From assembly GCF_009914755.1 (NCBI RefSeq), contig NC_060942.1: a stretch of 64,000 nt of DNA; one strand, 5' to 3'. The notes beneath the pieces were generated by a model. The model saw only the letters and a list, made by a program, of their open reading frames with translations. It searched no databases and had not been told where the DNA came from. Every line of letters begins with the position of its first letter. Positions within the stretch are counted from its first letter, which is position 1. Positions 54,966 through 64,000 of the stretch are shown piece after piece. The position numbers and the translations under genes were made by a program. Origin of the DNA: the human T2T-CHM13v2.0 reference genome, Homo sapiens.

Positions 54966-57900
54966 GTTCCAAATGCTGATCTGCTTATGCAACATCTGTC
55001 TTCCCTCCTAGACTCATAAATCTATAAGGCCAGGATCTGTGCCTCCTTGTTGAATGAGTGAATGAATGAAAAGTTGTTACTACCCCCTTCAGACACCCTG
55101 GAGAAGTTGGACTTGTTGTGCTCCAAGGCTTTATGTCACTGGGGGGCTGCATCCCAGGGAACAGAGGCCCTTCCGAATGGCCTCACCCCAGCCAGCAGAA
55201 AGCCATGCTTTCTTTCAAATCCAATCTTCAGGTCTTCCGAGAGGCCCAGGTGGACTCAAGTGCCTGTGTGAGCAGTGTGAAGAAAAGCTAGTCTAGGTAG
55301 ATGCTAGACTAGACCTAGAACTAGGTAGAAGCAACAGTTGCTCCCAGGCTGGGAGTGGTGAGTCTTCTGGCTACGGAGGTCAGAGAAGATCAGGGAAGGC
55401 TTCCTGGATGAGGCTCTTACCATTGTTCTTAAGGGATCTGGTCAATGGAGCCAAGATCAGAAAAGGCATGCTCAGCCAAGAGAATTGTCAGCAAAACCCA
55501 GAGGCAGATAAGGGCAGGATGCATCCTTAGACCTGTGAACAGACGAGTTTGGGTGGATTGGAGGTCTGTGAAGGGGGCAAGGTGGGAAGACTGTAGGGCC
55601 CAGAGCAGAAGTGGCCCAGCGAGCCGCCTGAATGCCAGGCTAAGCCCTCATCCCCATGCAGCCTGGTCAGTTGAACACAGTGAGAATGCACAGGTGATAA
55701 CAGAATATTGACTCACATGCTCATTCATCCAAAAAGATCATCTCGACTTAGAAAAAGAGTTGCCCCATTATTAAAATTTATATTCTGCTAAGGGTAAGGC
55801 TCTAAAGCCAAACAAACTTCCAGGTGCCAATTAACTTCTCTTATCTCCGAGTCTCTTAGACTTGGCAAAGAGTACTTACCAAATCCCTACTGACACCCTG
55901 GGCAGCCCCAGGCCCTTTTCTCAGCCCAGGCCTGTCTGCTCCTCCAATGGGTGGCTGCTCCTCTGAGCACAATGCTAATTATGCCCTTAGCACAGCCCGA
56001 TTCTTCTCTGAACAGTAACAGAGCTTAATTGTCTCCGGCCCAGCTGTCCCTACCCAGTTGGTCCTTGGTTACTGCATTCTGCCCAAACCCACTGCAGAAC
56101 CAGCTGCACTCCCTCACCCAAAGGATAGCCCTCCAACCCAGCTCCTGCCACAAGGCTTCACTCCACCCCCACCCCCACCCCCACCCCAGAAGATGGGCAC
56201 CTCTGTCTGGAAACCAGGCTACTACAAGTGTTGATCCTTCTTCAATACAGCATGCCAAGATTATCATGCAAAAAAGAACATGGTTTAAGCAAAGGTTTCT
56301 TCAAAATTCCGTGCTTGGTGGCAGAGGAGTGGGCCAGTGTGTCCCTTTTCTAAGTCCTCCAATGACCCTTGCTCGTTATTTATGCCCTCCCTGACTCATG
56401 CTCTGTAAAGTCTGAGGTTGGTAAAAGCCCCCTACATTTAAGAGGGCACCTGGTTAATGTAGGCATCCCATAAACAATCTTCTAAGAAGCTTCTTCCCAG
56501 TCTCAGGGAACTGTAGGTTGGCATAGCCTTGCAGATAATCTTGTGCCCAGTTGGTGAGCAAGCAGGGGCCAGTGGCTGGAGCGGCCCCTGGGCTCTGGGC
56601 ATGGGGAGGCCCTCCTTCTGAGCTGATGGGTGGCCTCTGCAGCCGGGCCCTCCCTGAGCTTCCCTCTGGGACAGCAGAGAACTCAACCTCTCTGCCTAGG
56701 GCAGCGCCCTCGTGGCCCCGGCTCAGCCCAGCTCCTCTAGGGAATTGAGTGGCTGGACTGTGGTTTAGTCGCCCCCAGGGAAGCTTACCCAGAGGAGGAA
56801 AGGACTGTTTCGCAAGCCAGGCCCGGCGTTCTGAGCTGGCCTGTCCGCCCCTGGCATATGGCTGGGCCTGTTAGGAAATCAAGGAGACGCTCTGTCTCTT
56901 TCCAGCAGGCGCCACTTCTGTCTTGCCACTGCTTTGCTCGATTCAAGACGCTGGCTCGGGGGCCAGGCTGGTGGGCAGGCAGGCGGGCAGGCGGGCAGGC
57001 CCCTCTCCCACCAGCCCGGTGCCTGGGAAGCGCTCACTGTCTCCTCAGCCGGTGTTATCCCAGGGGTCCCGCACCTGGCTGATAAGGCCAGGCGGCTATC
57101 AGTGGCCATCTCGGGTGGGAGGGCAGGGTGGCTCTCAGGGAAGGATTCCAGACTGTTTCCTTCTGGGGCTGAGCTCCAACGCCCTTATCTCCTTTCCTGC
57201 CAGGCAGGGACTCCTCAGCGCTCACACACAAAAGAGAACTCCACCCAAGACGCACAGCCCCTACCTACTGGAAGGTGGAGGAGGCTTTGCCTCCGGTTTC
57301 ATTAAATCTACCTGGTTCTCAATCGGGGGCAGTTAAGTGTGCACTCAGCTAATATCAATGTATTTGGTCCTGCCAGGGGGTGGGAGGGTTGGAGAGACGG
57401 GGACGTTCAAGTAATGGAGCTGCCTTGGTGGCTGTTTTCGAAGCTCCTGGACTTGTCAGTCAACTGAAACGTCTCTTGGAAGAGAAACAACCAGGGGATG
57501 GGCCAATGCCAATTACAAGATTCAGGGGCTGCGGGGATGGGGAGGTCAGGCCTCATGGGACTGAGTAGAACGAGGGTGGTGGGGCCTGAGTGTGAAAAAC
57601 CAGGCCTCGCTCAGCCCCGCTCTTGGCTGCCTTGAAGCCTGTGAGGCAGGAGGCCTGGTGAGTATTATTCCCGTTTCATAGAACGCAGGCCTGTGGGTGG
57701 GAGTGCTAGAGGGAATACGGGAATATATTATAGAAGATGGGTCAACGGAATCCTTGAGAGGTCAGCCGAGCGCCCATTCCTGTTAGCGCGGAAGGGAGAG
57801 CCCTGGCCTCACAGTGTTCCCAGGATTAATGTTCCGCCTCAGAAGAGCAGCCTACCCCCAAGACTCTCAGACTTACTGCTGGGCAATGCTTTCCAGAGGC

Positions 57901-60559
57901 CAGGGCTGGCCTAGGTGACCCCACAGGGCCTTGTTCCAGCCCAGCAGTCGCTGATTCTACAGGCAAGTTACTATGGGAACTATAACTTTGAATTTCCTGG
58001 CTCTGGGGCTGTGAAAATCACAACCTGAACCTTCCGTTGATGTGGGTTTCTCGATTAATTTCCTGTTTGATTGTTTACTTTAGAGAGCGGAAAATGCCTT
58101 TGCAGGCAGCTAGCTCCCTCCACGGAGACACTTATCACACCCTGCCCCCACAGCCAGCAAGGTCAAGTCCAGGCCTCAGGTGGGTGGAGGTAGGGGCCAG
58201 AAGCAGGGGCAGGGACTGGGGGAAGGGGCTGGAGCTGGGGGCAGGGAGGAGGCTCAGCCAGAAGCAGATGGCAGCCTGAGCCCCCTGCCCTACCCTTCTG
58301 CTTGCCCGGGGTCCCAGCCTGGTGGATGTCGGGGCTGTGGAGGGACCTGTGATTTCAGAGACCTGTGAGCCTTTGAGGGGAGCCTCCCACCCACCCCAAG
58401 CCCCAGGACTGGCCCCTGGCTGCCCAAACTATCCCCTGTCTCAAGGAGCTCTGTTGTGCAGAGTCAGACATACAGTGCAGTCCTTCCTGGAGAGGGTGGC
58501 CTCAGTGGGGAGGGTCAGAGATTTCCCCCTAGGCCAGGCACTGCTGACTGGGCTGCCCAGTGCGGGGCTGGGCGTAACTGCTCTTCTACCCTTCTCTCCT
58601 CCATCTGCCCTCCCCAGGGCCCTGCGCTCCAGCAGGGAGCTGTGCCCAGTGTTCCCAGTGACCATAACTCCATCCTGTTCCCTGCGGAGTGGGGAGGGCT
58701 TGCAGGCTCAGGTGCCGCCTGCGAGCCAGGAGTTCTGATCTCCTGTGATGATAACCACCCATCTCTAGGCCATGGGACACTCGGTAGCCTCTCGAGCCCT
58801 CCTCCCCACCCCAGCTACCCAGCCCCTAGATGGCCCTGAGGCCCCATTTATAATGGGGGCCCTGAGGCACGGGGAAGGGAAATGGAATAGGCCAGAGGGC
58901 TGTGGACTACCCAGGGGATCTGGGAGGCCTGGGAAAAACTCCCAACCTCCCAGCACCCCTCCCTTATCTAGGTGACCGTATATTATCCACATCAGGGCAG
59001 TTTGGAGAGTGGAAAGGATGCTTTTACTAATGACTTTGAGATGACAGGTGAAAACTGGAACTATTCCAGGCAAACGAGATGTGCCATCACCCCACCTTTG
59101 GCCGGCCTCTCCCCATCAGCCTATTTATGTGGGCACTCACTGGGGAGCAGGAGTGAAGCTATTTTTCTACCTACTTGTGTGCTCTTGGAGAAATCATTTC
59201 CTTCCCTGTGCCTCAGTTTCTGTAGCTGTGACATGAAGAGCGTTGCAGTGGTGCCTAACTCAGATCATCTGGTAGAAAGATCAAATGGATCTTTAAAAAC
59301 ACACAGAGCACATAGAACAACCACTCAAAATATGTAAGCCAGGTGAGCATGAGGATTCCGAAGGTGCTGTTCACCCTCAGAGGCCCCCTCTCAAAAGGGG
59401 AACCTCAGAGCTGCCTTAGGCATTTCCTGTTCACTCCTCAGGAGGGATCTTGGACTGGGGGCAGTGAGCACAGAAGAAGCTTCCAGAAGGGATGGGGAGG
59501 GCCTAAAGGGGAAGCTGGGAGGCACTGGCTGCAGGCACAGCTGCTTCCCTGGAGTCTCAAACCCACCCCAGGGTCCTGGGGATTCCTGGCTGCAGGCACT
59601 GTGAACAGAACTAGCCCCTGTCTAGGCCACTAGCTGGAGCTTGGTCCACAGGAGAAGCCGCTGGAGTTGTAGCCCTGCCTTCTGGATCCAATGTCTCCAG
59701 AAGAATTTGGTGTCTACCCTGAGCCCCAAATTATATTTCCAGCCCCCGGGCCAGCTGTGGGATGAAGCATCCCCCATGTGACATCCACTGTCGCTACTTT
59801 GTACGGGGTGGTTTGCAAGCCCGGCAGGAAGGAGGCTAATTATTCCCTCTGGGGCGCCTGGTCCGCAGCTAGGGTGCCCGCCCGCCTTAGTTAGGAGGGC
59901 TGGCAGCCAGACCACAGGGCACAAGCTTGGACTGAAGGCCAGGTCAGAACCACAAATTTCCTGACATCTGACCATAACCACCATACCAAGGCTCCATGTT
60001 AGACTGGTGGAAAAGTGGCATGGGGGCCCATTCCCCTCTGCTGAAGGTGTCTGCACTGTGGGCAGGCAAGAGCGATTAACATAAAACAGCACTAATTTTG
60101 TAGCTTTGGTGCCAGGCTAGGCAACATTAGCATCTACACAAGCACCTATATCCATGGCCACACCAGCCCTTCCTCCCACTTCAGAGGGCGACACTACTCT
60201 TCTTTAAGGCAGATCTATGTACTTGATCCTTTCCTCCTTTCTGATTATCCTCTTCTCCTGCACTCTGGCACCTCACCTCTACCTTTAAACTGGCTCAAGA
60301 CTCTCCTACTTTAACCACACCAGATTCCCAGACCATTCTAGGTGACCCTGTGCCAGTGTCTTTCCCCTAGCATCCTCCCCTTTTCTTCTTCCATAGGCAA
60401 GTTCCAAAAACAAAGAAAAGAGGGAAAGGAAGGAAGAGAAGAAGGGGGTTGGGGTTGGGGGTGGGGGAGAGAGAGAGAGAAGAAAGTACAGAAATTCATT
60501 CCAAAGAAAAAGAAAGAAATGGTGTGCTCTTTCTGTCTGCACTTCTGGACCTCCTTCAC

Positions 60560-61745
60560 ACTCTCCAACCCTGCGGGGCCCAGCCCAGGCTTCCACTGCC
60601 CCAGTAGCAGCACTGAAGTCATCATGGCAAAGGTCACCCATGCTCTTCTAATCACCAAATCCAGGGGACCTTGGTCATTGTTCGTTTTACTTGACCTCTC
60701 TGAGCTTTGACACTGGTGACCTTGTACTTCTTGGAACTCTTGGCCCTCATGACGCCATTTCCTCCTGTTCTGCTTAACTCTCTGACCACCCTTTTCTTCC
60801 TTCTTTGGGGATTCCTCTTCCTCCTCTCTCACCCTTTAGGCATTGCTGTGTTCAGGTTGGGAGCCCCTGCCGTCTTCTCTTCTCATTCCATGTGTTCTCC
60901 AGGTCACCTCACTCACACCAATGGCTTGACTAATCCCTGGGTGCTGATGATCCCAGATTACCATTCTCCCATTAGTCATCTTCCCTGGTCATCCCCAAGG
61001 ACCCTGGACTCAGTATTTCTAACACTGAACTCATTCACTTTCCCTAAAACCACCTCCACCTGCCTTCCCAATATTGTTGATGGCATCATCACTTACGCAG
61101 TTGACCAAACCCCAAACCTGGGGGCTGGCCATCTTCTACCTCATCCTTTTCCTCACTCTCACTTCTGCCTCTTAACATATTCTGCCTCTTAAATATCCTC
61201 CTCCCTTCCTGCCAGCCTTAATTCAAGCCACCCCAATTTTGCACAGCAACCTTCTAACGGTCCCCCTGCCTCCAGTCCAAACACCACCCTACCTACATCT
61301 CCATGCTATGCAAGATAGGATCTTTCTAAACTACAGGTATTACTATGCTACTCTCCAGTTTAAAATCTTTCAGTGGCTCTCCAGTCCCTTGGGATAAAAT
61401 CCAAACTCAGTACCATGGCATCTAGAGCCCTTAAATATGTGGCCTTTGCCTTCTTTATAAGCACATTCCACCCCCAGCACCATATATTTTAGGCATCTTG
61501 AAATACTTATTCATCATTGTACTCTGCTAGTGCACATTTTTTGCTTTTTTACATCTTTCTCATGCCATATGCCTGGAGTTCTCCACCACCGCTATTCCTT
61601 CTTATGCTGCAATGCCATATACCTAGCAAGTCTCTTGCTTTCCCCCTACTAGACTATAAATTATAAGTCTTATTGTTCCTCTTGTTATCCCTGTACTTAC
61701 GTAGCATTTAACACACCATAGATATTTCATAAATGTTGCCGAGTG
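60560..61745 (+). mobile_element. L2 LINE with recognisable RT remnant and 3' end
   Basis: The frame reads PGFHCPSSSTEVIMAKVTHALLITKSRGPWSLFVLLDLS, resembling the L2/CR1 RT motif GF...STET..K...LL.....LLDLS. An L2-like 3' terminus precedes the GGAT array. Confidence 0.75.
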
Positions 61746-62230
61746 GATGGATGGATGGATAGATGAGTAGATGGGTAGATAGATGGATGAAAGGATAGAT
61801 GGATGGATGGATGGATGGATGGATGGATGGATGGATGGATGGATAGGTGAATAGACAGATGAATGAAAGGATGGATGGGTAGGTGGGTGGGTGGGTGGAT
61901 GAATGGATGGATGGATGGATGAGTAGGTGAGTAGATAGATGGATGAAAGAATGGATGGGTGGGTGGATGGATGGATGGATGAATAGGTGAGTAGATAGAT
62001 GGATGAAAGGATGGATAGATGGGCGGATGGATGGATGGATGGATGGATGAGTAGGTGAGTAGATGGATGAAAGGATGAATGGATGGATGGATGGATAGAT
62101 ACATGGATGAAAGGATGGATGGATGGATAGATAGATGAATGAAAGAATGGATGGGTGGATGGATGGATGGATGGATGAGTAGGCAAGTAGACAGATGGAT
62201 AAAAGGGTGGATGAGTGGATGGAGGGATAG
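61743..62230. repeat. (GGAT)n-type tandem array with about 60-bp higher-order units
   Basis: About 490 bp of ggat/agat/gggt/gaat; 61921-61980 and 61981-62040 are near-identical 60-mers. Confidence 0.95.
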
Positions 62231-62332
62231 GTAGTGGCCAATACAGACAAAGAATAGGTAAAATCAGTTCAATTTTGTGAAGGCTCAGGTTGACCTGTCA
62301 CCAGTCAACACAATTAAAAATTATGAGCTCCA

Positions 62333-62631
<299 letters not shown>

Positions 62632-62739
62632 TTATGAGCTCCAACCAGCAAAATAAGAATTAGCTAATGTGGGAAATTAATATCATTCCGTAAAGGAGAG
62701 AGCACAGATCCAGGACTCTCCAGCACCTTCCATTTCCAC

Positions 62740-63135
62740 TTAGACCTGCTGTCTGTCTGGGTTGTGCAAGCCACTTAACTACTGAGCCTCAGTTTCTCTA
62801 CCAATTAAGCAGATATGATAATACCTGTGGCCTTTCCCTGTCTCCACAGGAGTGTCATGAGGGTAAAAGGAATGGTGCATACAAAGCATGTTGAGATCTT
62901 CAGGGAAGATACATGTTTATAAAGATAGAAACATCATAACAATAATAACACCTTACGTTTGAATCAAGCTTTGCACTTATCAAAGCTCTTTCACATACGT
63001 TATTTCAATTGACTCTCCAAACAATCCTAGGCAGATACTATCCCTGTTCTCAGGTGAGGAAGCTGAGATGCAGAGTGATTAAGTGGCATGCCAGGGGCTG
63101 GTCTTAGTGTGTAGCAGGTCTTCTGACTCCAAGCC
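62740..63135. mobile_element. Two MIR fragments in opposite orientation
   Basis: ccacttaactactgagcctcagtttc (+), followed by caggtgaggaagctgagatgcagagtgattaagtggc...tctgactccaagcc (-). Confidence 0.6.
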
Positions 63136-64000
63136 TGATGCCCATTTTTGATGATAGCCTTTCTTGGATAGATTATCTACTTCCCTGCCTCCCTGAACGG
63201 AGACCTAGACATAATTGGCCCTTTTCTTGATGACTCGTCATTACCATAGGCACAGTCCCTGGGCTGTCCTCCAGGTTTGGCTGTAGGTACAGGTCCAGGT
63301 CCCGCAGAGGCACAGGGTGGATGGGCCAGCTGTCCCGGAGGGTACTCCTGACGTGTAGGTGGCAACCATCCTAGAGCCCTGCAGGTGTGGTTCTTCTGAC
63401 TCTGCCTCATTCTTCCCCCTGTCCCCTTTGTCTCCACTGTCAGCATGTGTGCCCATTTCTGTGGCTTCCTCCGCCACCACGGCCTTTACCCGTCACTATC
63501 TTTTCTTCTTTGTTTCCCTCTCTCCTGCCCTACAATTCTTTCCACACCTTCAGCTTGTCCCCCCACAGCCCTGGCTCATCCACCGGCCCAGCCAGCCAAC
63601 CTCAGCTCCCAGGCTGGCTTTGTTCTCCCGCCAATCACAGCCCTCTGCAAACCTCCCACTTTGGCTCCCTCATGGCTGCCCCTGTGGCCACCTCCAGTCG
63701 CTACCAAAGGAAGGAGGCTCCTCCAGGCAGGGGCTGGGCTGAGCTTTTTCTGCAGCTGCATTAGGTGGCTTGGGTTTGCTCTCCCACAGTAGAAGGCTGT
63801 GCTGTGGGTGAGCTGAGGTGGTCAAGGTGGGCTGGCCAGCCCGGCTTGGATGGACACTGCACCCCTCACTAGCAAGGCAAGATGTTGGGATTGCCAGTGC
63901 TCATCCCTCCCTGCACAGCGAGGCTGCCCCATGAGTTCTCAGCACCCCCTTTCCCTCCCTGCAGGGTGGCATCCCAAGCTACCAGCCTGGTTACATCCTG

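Noticed and set aside
61623-62250. Long His/Pro/Ser-rich ORFs on the minus strand
   Set aside because: Artefacts of the (ATCC)n repeat, which lacks stop codons.

Overview
This is primate (very probably human) genomic DNA, not microbial. It is almost entirely intronic and rich in Alu, L1, L2, MIR, MER and MLT repeats. The only convincing coding sequence is one 156-bp internal exon on the + strand (32512-32667, phase 0/0, canonical branch point, AG and GT). It encodes KDFTVREELQQQDVERWLGFITFLCEVFGTMRSSTGEPFRVLVCPIYTCLRE, which I recognise as part of the MIF4G domain of CTIF (CBP80/20-dependent translation initiation factor, KIAA0427). The window is therefore long intron, exon, long intron of CTIF. 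Nearly all other ORFs in the track are chance, Alu-derived or low-complexity frames. I found no RNA genes, no CRISPR arrays and no novel multi-gene system that I can support. The best leads are at the splicing and transposon level: an Alu-derived strong cryptic 5' splice site that would add a premature stop to the exon, a NAGNAG acceptor, two cryptic exon candidates, an ancient twin-primed (5'-inverted) L1, a three-armed Alu, an Alu inserted into a palindrome, an unexplained 45-bp direct repeat with GATA/FOX motifs, and a GGAT array with higher-order structure grown from an L2 tail. Repeat subfamily names are by eye from remembered consensus sequences, and their boundaries are approximate.
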